Shown here: positions 5,359 through 12,381 of the stretch, one piece after another
How positions within the stretch are numbered: the first letter of the stretch is position 1
Layout of the letters: every line of letters begins with the position of its first letter
Program-made: the position numbers and the translations under genes
Notes under the pieces: model-generated
What the model was told of the DNA's origin: nothing
Seen by the model: the letters and a program-made list of their open reading frames with translations, nothing else
The model's database searches: none
IMG/VR virus record: IMGVR_UViG_3300048913_000063
Coordinates: 1 to 37,156 of that record
Direction: 5' to 3' (one strand)
Origin: a virus
DNA length: 37,156 nt

Positions 5359-6074
5359 TGTCGGGGGATTGGATCAAGTTCGAAGCAAATACTCCTGAGA
5401 AGCCTGAAGTGTTCGCCATCACGGCTTCGATGGGTTGGAATGACCCTGATCTGACGGTGGGAAAGTTGCTGAAAATTTGGCGATGGTTCGATCAGCAGAC
5501 GTTGGACGGTAACGCTCCGAGCGTTACCTTAGCGTTACTAGATTGTATTTCTGGCGTTACCGGATTTGCGAAAGCGATGTGTGATGTTGGATGGCTGAAG
5601 ACCGGCGATAGTGGTTTGATGCTGCCGAATTTCTCCAGACACAACGGAAAGACCGCAAAACAGCGCTGTTTGACTGCAAAACGGGTTGCTAACCACAAAA
5701 GTAACGCTGAAGGTAACGCAGAAACTAACGCTGTCAGCGTTACCGGAGCGTTACCTAGAGAAGAGAAGAGAAGAATAAAGAATAGCGAGCCTCCGGCATC
5801 AAAGTTTGATCCATATGCCGAGCTTATTTCGGCAGGAGTATCAGAGCAGACTGCAACAGACTGGTTGGCAATGCGCAAGACCAAACGTGCAGCCGTTACT
5901 GAGACAGTGCTGAAGATGCATATTGCTGAAGCGAACAAGGCATCGTTGCCGCTTGATAGATGTTTGCGTATCTCCTGTTCTCGCGGATGGGCCGGATTTG
6001 AGGCAGCTTGGCTTAAGCCTGAAGACAGGGAGCCGAATCAGCAAAAGATCCCACGCAGAGAGGTTGTCCTATGA
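5358..6074 (+). CDS. Replication initiation/primosome protein with a DnaT-like C-terminal domain
   Basis: 238 aa. The N-half W.KF.....KPEV..I....G......VG....W.W.D...........GF..AM..VGWL....PNF.RHNGKTAK.R pattern is typical of phage replication proteins. The C-half ...TDWLAMRKTKRAAVTETVLK...RGWAGFEAAWL resembles DnaT-type domains. Confidence 0.55.
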   Translation: MSGDWIKFEANTPEKPEVFAITASMGWNDPDLTVGKLLKIWRWFDQQTLDGNAPSVTLALLDCISGVTGFAKAMCDVGWLKTGDSGLMLPNFSRHNGKTAKQRCLTAKRVANHKSNAEGNAETNAVSVTGALPREEKRRIKNSEPPASKFDPYAELISAGVSEQTATDWLAMRKTKRAAVTETVLKMHIAEANKASLPLDRCLRISCSRGWAGFEAAWLKPEDREPNQQKIPRREVVL

Positions 6075-6493
6075 TCGCACCAGGCGCAGAAGAGATTTTT
6101 AAGGCTCGTATGAAAGGGTTCAAACCTGCTGATACGGTGATTGTCAGCCTTGTTGGCAAACTAGGTTTTGAAAACCCCCAGTGCCATCCCGCGCCGGGCC
6201 AAGATTACGACTGGCGGTGGTGCAAGGCTCTTGATGTAGTAGTGTTCATGGACTCCAGTTCTGATTGGGCCGCATTGCTGCCGAAGATCAAGATTTGCGA
6301 GCCTAGTGGACTGTACATTTGGGCGCATGACATGAAGCGCGGAGCCGAAGTGATGGTAAAGCCGGTACAAGCAATCAGCGGAAGCCGGAGCACAATGCTG
6401 CTTGATGATGGCTCGATCCTGAAAGACGGTTGGCGCTGGGTTATCGATTTCTGTAACTGGCACGAAGAAGACGAAAAGGCATTTACGCAATGA
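6071..6493 (+). CDS. Hypothetical 140-aa protein (position suggests a helicase loader or accessory)
   Basis: Track ORF, coupled at both ends (ATGA overlaps) between the initiator and the helicase. No motif recognised. Confidence 0.5.
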   Translation: MIAPGAEEIFKARMKGFKPADTVIVSLVGKLGFENPQCHPAPGQDYDWRWCKALDVVVFMDSSSDWAALLPKIKICEPSGLYIWAHDMKRGAEVMVKPVQAISGSRSTMLLDDGSILKDGWRWVIDFCNWHEEDEKAFTQ

Positions 6494-7377
6494 ACATCAT
6501 TCACGACAACATAGATTTCAGTGGTTACATGGAAGAAACAGAAAGCCATGCTGTTTATCCTGCTTCGCACTGGTTACAAGAAACGATTGAGGCATTTCAT
6601 TCTGATGCGCCCGAACTGAAATCGCCAACAATGCTTTGGACTAAGACACATGGACGTGTTCATTTCCGTCCTGCCGAGGTTTCTCTTTGGGCCGGAGTGA
6701 ATGGGCATGGTAAAAGTATGTTTCTCTCCCAGGTGTCGCTAGACCTCTGCCAGCAAGGTCAGCGTGTCATGGTGGCATCTTTTGAAATGAAGCCAGTTCG
6801 TCAGATGCAACGCATGGGCCGACAAGCTTACGGTGATAGCAAGCCGAGCGTTGAATTCCTGAATCGCATGGCAAGCTGGTCAAATGAACGTCTTTGGGTG
6901 TATGACCATGTCGGCGCGGTCGAATGGCGCAAGGTCATAGCTGTTATGCGTTATGCGAAGAAGAATTTTGGCATTGAGCATTTCGTGATTGATAGCCTGA
7001 TGAAGTGCGTAAAGGGTGAGGACGATTACAACGCTCAGAAGGATTTCGTGAATGAGCTTTGTGCCTTTGCGCATACGCACAATATTCACGTTCATTTGGT
7101 GCACCACGTTCGCAAGGGTGAGAGTGAGCATAAAGCACCTGGCAAATTCGACGTAAAGGGAGCCGGAGCGATTACAGACCAAGTGGACAATGTCTTCATC
7201 GTTTGGCGAGATAAAAAGGCTGAGGACGACGTTTCAGCGGTTCATAACGCACAGCTTGTATGTGAGAAACAACGTAACGGGGAATTTGAAGGCAAGTTTG
7301 GGTTCTGGTTTGAACCATCCTCGCAACAATATCTCGACAATCGTTCTGCAATTCCGATGCGTTATTCACTAAAGTGA
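6490..7377 (+). CDS. DnaB-family replicative helicase (RecA-fold C-terminal domain only)
   Basis: 295 aa. Walker A GVNGHGKS, Walker B HFVIDSL, ...LVHHVRKGE...KGAGAITDQVDNVFIVWR... matches the DnaB/RepA-like hexameric helicase core. Confidence 0.75.
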   Translation: MNIIHDNIDFSGYMEETESHAVYPASHWLQETIEAFHSDAPELKSPTMLWTKTHGRVHFRPAEVSLWAGVNGHGKSMFLSQVSLDLCQQGQRVMVASFEMKPVRQMQRMGRQAYGDSKPSVEFLNRMASWSNERLWVYDHVGAVEWRKVIAVMRYAKKNFGIEHFVIDSLMKCVKGEDDYNAQKDFVNELCAFAHTHNIHVHLVHHVRKGESEHKAPGKFDVKGAGAITDQVDNVFIVWRDKKAEDDVSAVHNAQLVCEKQRNGEFEGKFGFWFEPSSQQYLDNRSAIPMRYSLK

Positions 7378-7384
7378 GAATGCT

Positions 7385-7603
7385 ATGCCCTACTCAATCC
7401 CCGGTCGAATAGGAAGAGAAGAAGCAGCACAAGCCTGTCTCCAAGTATTGCGATATGCAGACAAAGACAGGCTAGCAGTAGATGATGTGAGGCAACTGGA
7501 GATTTACTCTCTGATTGCAGGAGAGAAGCGAGACATGCGCCCATTATCCGATGGGGCATTGTTGAAGATAATGCAGATTTACAACAACTATCATGGAGTG
7601 TGA
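7385..7603 (+). CDS. Hypothetical 72-aa protein
   Basis: Track ORF; no motif recognised. Confidence 0.5.
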   Translation: MPYSIPGRIGREEAAQACLQVLRYADKDRLAVDDVRQLEIYSLIAGEKRDMRPLSDGALLKIMQIYNNYHGV

Positions 7604-7604
7604 G

Positions 7605-7778
7605 ATGCTATTTAAGAAGCGACGCATATTTAATTTACTGATAAAACTTTCCGGGCTTAAAGCTGAGCTTGAGGAATATCATAAGGCAAAACAAATTTGG
7701 CCATCTTCGGCAAAACTGATTGGTGAATGCGAAGAAGAATTGCGGCTTCTTGGATACAAATTTGAAATTGAGGAGTAA
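7605..7778 (+). CDS. Hypothetical 57-aa helical protein
   Basis: Internal ATG of track ORF 7593..7778 after GGAGTGTGAG (MLFKKRRIFNLLIKLSGLKAELEEY...). Confidence 0.5.
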   Translation: MLFKKRRIFNLLIKLSGLKAELEEYHKAKQIWPSSAKLIGECEEELRLLGYKFEIEE

Positions 7779-7780
7779 AA

Positions 7781-8113
7781 ATGACAAAAGAATACACCGA
7801 AGCATTCGCCCGAAACGAAATCATGCGCTTACTCAAGAATGAGCCTAGCGGATTCACAGACATGATGATGAGCCGCAAGCTAAAGATTGGACTGCCAGCA
7901 TTGCGCCTGGTGCTGGAGAACATGGATAAGGACAAGATTATCCGCAAGGAACCGTTGGGCAAGTGCAAGCGTTATTATCTGCCTACCGAACGGGAACTTG
8001 CTGCAGAACAGGCTGCAAAGCCAGTATTCAAGGTACTCAAGCCACGACTGGAACATCGGGCCGTGATGGATCGGGTAAGGGCTGAACGCTTCGCTATTGC
8101 TTCGATTGGGTGA
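7781..8113 (+). CDS. Winged-helix-like DNA-binding protein (candidate late-gene regulator)
   Basis: 110 aa. ...EIMRLLKNEPSGFTDMMMSRKLKIGLPALRLVLENMDKDKIIRKEPLGKCKRYYL fits a MarR/wHTH-type helix-turn-helix plus wing. Lies near the end of the early operon. Confidence 0.5.
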   Translation: MTKEYTEAFARNEIMRLLKNEPSGFTDMMMSRKLKIGLPALRLVLENMDKDKIIRKEPLGKCKRYYLPTERELAAEQAAKPVFKVLKPRLEHRAVMDRVRAERFAIASIG

Positions 8114-8116
8114 GAT

Positions 8117-8290
8117 ATGATCCAACTAAGCCGAAATCAACGCGAAGGCCGCTATGCTGGCAGATTCCGAGGAAGGGATAAGCGCACCCACTGGGTTCCG
8201 AGAAGCATTGGATTGAGCAAAGCACAATGGAAGCTGCATCTATCGACCACGCAGAAAATCAAGATATTGGTGGAGAAAAATGAGCATTGA
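8117..8290 (+). CDS. Hypothetical very basic 57-aa protein
   Basis: Below the track cut-off. ATG at 8117, TGA at 8288-8290. Translation: MIQLSRNQREGRYAGRFRGRDKRTHWVPRSIGLSKAQWKLHLSTTQKIKILVEKNEH. Confidence 0.45.
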   Translation: MIQLSRNQREGRYAGRFRGRDKRTHWVPRSIGLSKAQWKLHLSTTQKIKILVEKNEH

Positions 8291-8417
8291 TGGAATCGAG
8301 ATTACTTTCATTCTCATCGGACTAGGCGTAATATTGGCAGGAATGATCATTCGTGATCTGCTGATGTTCTCTAGGGAATATGATCGCCTTTTCAATGAGG
8401 GAAAGGATCAGGAATAA
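8280..8417 (+). CDS. Hypothetical 45-aa single-pass membrane protein
   Basis: Below the cut-off. Overlaps the upstream gene by 11 nt. MSIDGIEITFILIGLGVILAGMIIRDLLMFSREYDRLFNEGKDQE contains one TM helix. Confidence 0.45.
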   Translation: MSIDGIEITFILIGLGVILAGMIIRDLLMFSREYDRLFNEGKDQE

Positions 8418-8593
8418 TGAAATACGCCCATGACGAAGCCAAGCGCCAGATAGATGCTCACACTGAGCGCCAAAGGAATGTCATGGGCCAGGATCGATTC
8501 CAGATCACAAAGAGAACGTATATCCCAAGCAACGATCCTACAAAACCACCAATCCTAGAGAGGGTGGATATGGGTAAGTGGGAGAGGTTTTGA
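8417..8593 (+). CDS. Hypothetical 58-aa protein
   Basis: Below the cut-off. TAATG coupling at 8415-8419. MKYAHDEAKRQIDAHTERQRNVMGQDRFQITKRTYIPSNDPTKPPILERVDMGKWERF. Last ORF before the late leader. Confidence 0.45.
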   Translation: MKYAHDEAKRQIDAHTERQRNVMGQDRFQITKRTYIPSNDPTKPPILERVDMGKWERF

Positions 8594-8595
8594 GG

Positions 8596-8601
8596 TATAA
8601 T
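8596..8601 (+). promoter_or_regulatory. Consensus -10 hexamer TATAAT (candidate late promoter)
   Basis: A perfect TATAAT 3 nt after the last early stop codon. The -35 is poor (TGGGTA/GGGTAA at about 8571-8577). Confidence 0.3.
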
Positions 8602-8893
8602 TTACCTGTGATGAATGCGGAGTGCTGATCCGCCACATGGAGTTGCCAGTCGGTCAGCGGCGTAACATGGCTATGAGGGTATACGGCATAGGGGCTGACA
8701 CCTCCCCGTCAATCCATAGCGAGGCAATAAGCCGGAGTTCAGCACCGGCCATCACATAATGCAGCGCAGTTGGATAAAGGCCGATCACCTTGAGTGCCAA
8801 CAAGATTGAGAGCAAGCACGCTATAGATGCCAAGACAGTGTAAAGCTGTCACAGATTTCCTTTGTTTCACCCCTAGCATCACCCTCCAATTTA

Positions 8894-8931
8894 CCCGCTA
8901 TGGACATACGCGCCACTAGCGGGATTTTTTT
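8894..8931 (+). terminator. Intrinsic terminator immediately upstream of the first late gene
   Basis: CCCGCTA (8894-8900), a 16-nt loop, TAGCGGG (8917-8923), A, then T7 (8925-8931). GGAG lies at 8936-8939 and ATG at 8945. Confidence 0.6.
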
Positions 8932-8944
8932 AACCGGAGCTACT

Positions 8945-9094
8945 ATGCCTCTCATTCATTCCAAATCATCCAAGGCATTCAAAGAGAATCTGATTAAAGA
9001 ACTTAGGAGCGGAAAGCCAAAAGATCAAGCCGTGGCGATTGCATATTCAGTAAAACGAGAAGCGCAGCATAAAAACCACAAATCAACAAAATAG
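8945..9094 (+). CDS. Small basic conserved-looking protein (49 aa)
   Basis: Internal ATG of track ORF 8900..9094 after GGAG. Translation: MPLIHSKSSKAFKENLIKELRSGKPKDQAVAIAYSVKREAQHKNHKSTK. Confidence 0.5.
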   Translation: MPLIHSKSSKAFKENLIKELRSGKPKDQAVAIAYSVKREAQHKNHKSTK

Positions 9095-9132
9095 CAGTAG
9101 AATATCTCCCAATATCAATTCAATGGCACGCG

Positions 9133-9140
9133 ATTACTTG
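9133..9140 (+). promoter_or_regulatory. ATTACTTG motif, copy 1 (5 nt upstream of the 9146 ATG)
   Basis: The same octamer occurs at 14896-14903 and 18437-18444, each time in a short intergenic spacer just 5' of a late-gene start. Confidence 0.4.
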
Positions 9141-9145
9141 CGTGA

Positions 9146-9439
9146 ATGAGAATGCCAGCAGCAGCGAAAAATACACATGGATTCAAGCCGGGTAATCCTG
9201 GCAAGCCTAAGGGCGCATTATCCAAAACTACTAAATCCGCTAAAGAGGCAATCGCACTGGCTGCTGAAAAGCTAGGCGGCCCGGAGCGATTAGTAGCATG
9301 GGCACAAGAGGATCCGAGCAATGAGCGTGTATTTTGGGGAACCATCTACCCTAAACTGCTGCCTCTACAAGTCACTGGTGACAAAGATTCGCCTCTGAGC
9401 GTTCAAATTGTTCGCTTTGGAGGACAACCAAAGGAATAA
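9146..9439 (+). CDS. Putative small terminase / DNA-binding protein (DUF5681-like GNPGKPKG motif)
   Basis: 97 aa. ...HGFKPGNPGKPKGALSKTT... resembles the G(N/Q)PxG(R/K)PKG motif of small proteins encoded near phage terminases. The start could instead be the ATG at 9152. Confidence 0.4.
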   Translation: MRMPAAAKNTHGFKPGNPGKPKGALSKTTKSAKEAIALAAEKLGGPERLVAWAQEDPSNERVFWGTIYPKLLPLQVTGDKDSPLSVQIVRFGGQPKE

Positions 9440-9441
9440 TC

Positions 9442-10248
9442 ATGAGCCGATCTGGCGGTGGTATTGAACGAGATTTCACAGCAGATGTAAGCCGTAATAT
9501 TGTCTCAGGCGTAGCAAGGGTAAACGCTCTCTGTACCAGATCGATTGCTACAGCATTTTCTAGCCTATCGGCCGCGCAAGACATTTGGGCCGGAGTAAAC
9601 AACGAAATGACCTTCCCAACGGCTAACGAGTCATGGGAAGTTGTCTCTAGCAGCGCCAATGACACGGTAGGCGGCTCAGGCTCCGAAACTGTCACATTCA
9701 CCATTCTCGATTTCAGCTATAACGAAATCGCAGCCTTCACAGTCAATCTTAACGGTACAACTCCTGTAACACTTCCTAACGCCGCCGCCTATGCCTGGCT
9801 GAATGGAACAACTACTGGCCGGATCACATCGGCGGCTCAGCGAGTTAAGAACCAGGGCGACATTACAATCCGTGTCACTGGTAGCGCAGGGGATAATACA
9901 AAGGTGCGAGGTATTATCCCGGCATTCACTGGCAATCTCTCCAATGCTGTTTATACTGTGCCGATTGGTAAAACTCTGGAGATATTCTCCATGGAAGCCA
10001 AGATTCTATCCTCAGGATTAACTGGCACTCCACGTGGAGCAGATTTCCGCTTAAACTTCCGCAATCCTAACGGATCAGTATCAGCGCCTAAAGCTATTAC
10101 CTGTACAGACATGGGGCCATTTACTCTTCGCGCTGAAACTAAGATTCGCGTAGGTCAAAGATTCAATTTCATTCCACAGTGCGTTGGAACAAGTAATAAT
10201 GCAATGATTGTGAGCATGGATTGGGAAGCTCATTTATATACAAATTGA
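9442..10248 (+). CDS. Beta-rich 268-aa protein of unknown function (structural-looking)
   Basis: Track ORF with RBS AAAGGAATAATC. Ser/Thr/Asn/Gly-rich with alternating beta-strand-like pattern (ESWEVVSSSANDTVGGSGSETVTFTILDFSYNE...LNGTTPVTL). Confidence 0.6.
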   Translation: MSRSGGGIERDFTADVSRNIVSGVARVNALCTRSIATAFSSLSAAQDIWAGVNNEMTFPTANESWEVVSSSANDTVGGSGSETVTFTILDFSYNEIAAFTVNLNGTTPVTLPNAAAYAWLNGTTTGRITSAAQRVKNQGDITIRVTGSAGDNTKVRGIIPAFTGNLSNAVYTVPIGKTLEIFSMEAKILSSGLTGTPRGADFRLNFRNPNGSVSAPKAITCTDMGPFTLRAETKIRVGQRFNFIPQCVGTSNNAMIVSMDWEAHLYTN

Positions 10249-10255
10249 GGATATT

Positions 10256-10582
10256 ATGCAGACTGCAAACCTATTTAGCGCTCAATCCAAAGTAACTACA
10301 TTCGCGGCCACCACAAGCGCGCCTACGCCTAAGCAAATGTCCAATGCTGGAAATACTCTTCGTGTTGTCAACGAAGGCACAGCAGCAGTATTCATTGCGG
10401 TAGGCGACACTTCCGCAACAGCTATTGCTACGCTTCCGACTGATGGCTCTGTGACTAGCTGCTACGTCGCCCCGAATGCAGATGTGAACTTTTCCATTCC
10501 AGCCGACAGCGCAAAGTTTGTGAGCGCTATTTGCCGCTCTGGTACGGCTACGGTCGAGTTCTACGCTGGGGAATCGAGCTGA
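10256..10582 (+). CDS. Small beta-rich 108-aa protein
   Basis: Track ORF. ...NTLRVVNEGTAAVFIAVGDTS... is similar in style to the 124-aa protein at 18019-18393 (...LYIVNNGANTLSVYPP...). Confidence 0.55.
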   Translation: MQTANLFSAQSKVTTFAATTSAPTPKQMSNAGNTLRVVNEGTAAVFIAVGDTSATAIATLPTDGSVTSCYVAPNADVNFSIPADSAKFVSAICRSGTATVEFYAGESS

Positions 10583-10947
10583 TGAATGCCGCTAATCGAA
10601 GCGGTCATTGCAACGCTGACTGGCAAGCGAATGCTGGCCCGTCACAAATCCTCAATAGGCCAAATGTCTGTGAGATTCAGCGCACACGAGCACAGACCAA
10701 TATATCAGGCACGTTGACCTGGACATTCCCGATTGCTTACGGCTCTGGCGTCATTCCTAACGTCCAAATCTCTGTGGAAGATGGCACAGCGGGCGCTATC
10801 TGGAATCAGCAGATCACGGCAGTGAACAATACTAGCGTAACCGTTCAAATCACCAAGACTACCTCTGTGTCTGTTCTTGGCGTGAATGTCTTGGGAGTGG
10901 CGGTCAATCCTCAAGCTTATGTTCATTTGACTGTCACTCCTCCATAA
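10582..10947 (+). CDS. 121-aa beta-rich protein (C-terminal pattern reminiscent of fibre-tip/lectin-type domains)
   Basis: Internal ATG of track ORF 10531..10947, overlapping the upstream TGA (TGATG). Abuts terL. Confidence 0.5.
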   Translation: MNAANRSGHCNADWQANAGPSQILNRPNVCEIQRTRAQTNISGTLTWTFPIAYGSGVIPNVQISVEDGTAGAIWNQQITAVNNTSVTVQITKTTSVSVLGVNVLGVAVNPQAYVHLTVTPP

Positions 10948-12381
10948 ATGGCGACAATCCAGCTACCGAACAATTGGCGGCCACGTGAATATCAGATGGC
11001 CGCATGGTCATATCTGGAGAACGGTGGCCGCCATGCTGAATTGATCTGGCCGCGAAGGGCTGGCAAAGATGCTGTATGCCTTCATTGGGCCGCTTGTGCA
11101 TCGTTTGAGCGTATCGCCAACTACTGGCACATGCTCCCTGAGTACAGCCAGGCGCGCAAAGCTATTTGGGATGCAGTGAACCCAACGACTGGCAAGAAAC
11201 GCATCGATGAGGCATTCCCGCATGAATTACGCCGCCGGATAGACAACACCAAAATGACCATTGAGTTCGTCAATGGCAGCACTTGGCAAGTGGTGGGGTC
11301 GGATAACCCGGATAGTCTGGTCGGCACAACTCCAGCCGGTATCGTCTATTCCGAATGGGCGCTATCCAATCCAAATGTAAGGGCTTACTTACGTCCGATC
11401 ATTGCTGAAAACAACGGCTGGCAAGCGTTTATCACGACTCCACGTGGTCGGAATCATGCTTATACGACATTTGCAGCAGCAGAAAAGAACATGCGCGCAG
11501 GATTGGACGTGTTTGCTCAGCGCCTGGATGCATACGATTGCCGAACAATGACGCCCGCCCAATTAGCGGCTGAACTCAAGGAATACATCGATTCATTCGG
11601 CGAGGATTACGGTAGAGCGAAGTTTGAGCAGGAATATCTATGCTCCTTTGATGCTGCAATCATGGGTGCAATCCTGGCTCGCTCTATCGCTGCTGCTGAA
11701 AAAGAAGGCAGAGTAAGCGATGATGTGCAATATGACCCATATGGCGCACCAATCGAGATTACCTGTGACTTGGGGCGGCGTGACACGGCTACTTGGTGGT
11801 TCTGGCAGCCTCAGATTGGCGGCTACCAGATCATTGATTACGCGAGCGGATGGGCAATTGATGCTGAAGAATGGTGCTACAAGCTGTCCAATATGCTTGA
11901 GGCATACAAGAATAGCGATGGTAAGCCAGCATTAGGCCGCATCTGGATGCCGCATGATGCTCGGGCTAAGACATTTAGCGCTAAGCATAGCGCAGTCGAA
12001 ATCTTTATTGAGAAATTCGGAACAAAGCATGTTGCCATGGTCCCGCGATCTTCTATCGCAGACCGTGTTAATGCAGCTAGGGTAATGATTGGCAAGATCA
12101 AGTTCAATCAGACTAAATGCGAGCGTGGATTAGATGGCTTGCGTAATTGGCGCTATGAATATGACGAAGAGGCGAAGATATTCGGCTCTGATCCGGTTCA
12201 CGATTGGTCATCCCATGATGGCGATGGATTTAGTTATGGCTGTCAGATAATGCAGCAAGCCGAACCGCCAGCGCCTAAACCAGAGGATATGCGCGGTATA
12301 TTCGTTGGTATTAATAAAAATAATGTTACACTAGACGAAATGTGGGCTTCGACGCCTAAAAGAGAACAAGGGCGCATTTAA
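10948..12381 (+). CDS. terL: Terminase large subunit
   Basis: 477 aa. N-terminal ATPase with W.PREYQ...WPRRAGKD (Walker A-like), a ...GIVYSEWA Walker B region, and a C-terminal nuclease-like half with acidic motifs (WMPHDA..., HDWSSHDGDGF). Sits directly upstream of the portal. Confidence 0.85.
   Translation: MATIQLPNNWRPREYQMAAWSYLENGGRHAELIWPRRAGKDAVCLHWAACASFERIANYWHMLPEYSQARKAIWDAVNPTTGKKRIDEAFPHELRRRIDNTKMTIEFVNGSTWQVVGSDNPDSLVGTTPAGIVYSEWALSNPNVRAYLRPIIAENNGWQAFITTPRGRNHAYTTFAAAEKNMRAGLDVFAQRLDAYDCRTMTPAQLAAELKEYIDSFGEDYGRAKFEQEYLCSFDAAIMGAILARSIAAAEKEGRVSDDVQYDPYGAPIEITCDLGRRDTATWWFWQPQIGGYQIIDYASGWAIDAEEWCYKLSNMLEAYKNSDGKPALGRIWMPHDARAKTFSAKHSAVEIFIEKFGTKHVAMVPRSSIADRVNAARVMIGKIKFNQTKCERGLDGLRNWRYEYDEEAKIFGSDPVHDWSSHDGDGFSYGCQIMQQAEPPAPKPEDMRGIFVGINKNNVTLDEMWASTPKREQGRI

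Noticed and set aside
8654-8852. Two overlapping small minus-strand ORFs in the late leader, considered as a type I toxin-like peptide. One is a 59-aa hydrophobic peptide (TTG start at 8833). The other is a 37-aa Cys-containing peptide (GTG start at 8852, after AAAGGAAA).
   Set aside because: The hydrophobic ORF has a non-ATG start and no SD. The frames conflict with each other, and no promoter is visible. The ORFs could be real, but the evidence is too thin, so the region is treated as leader RNA.
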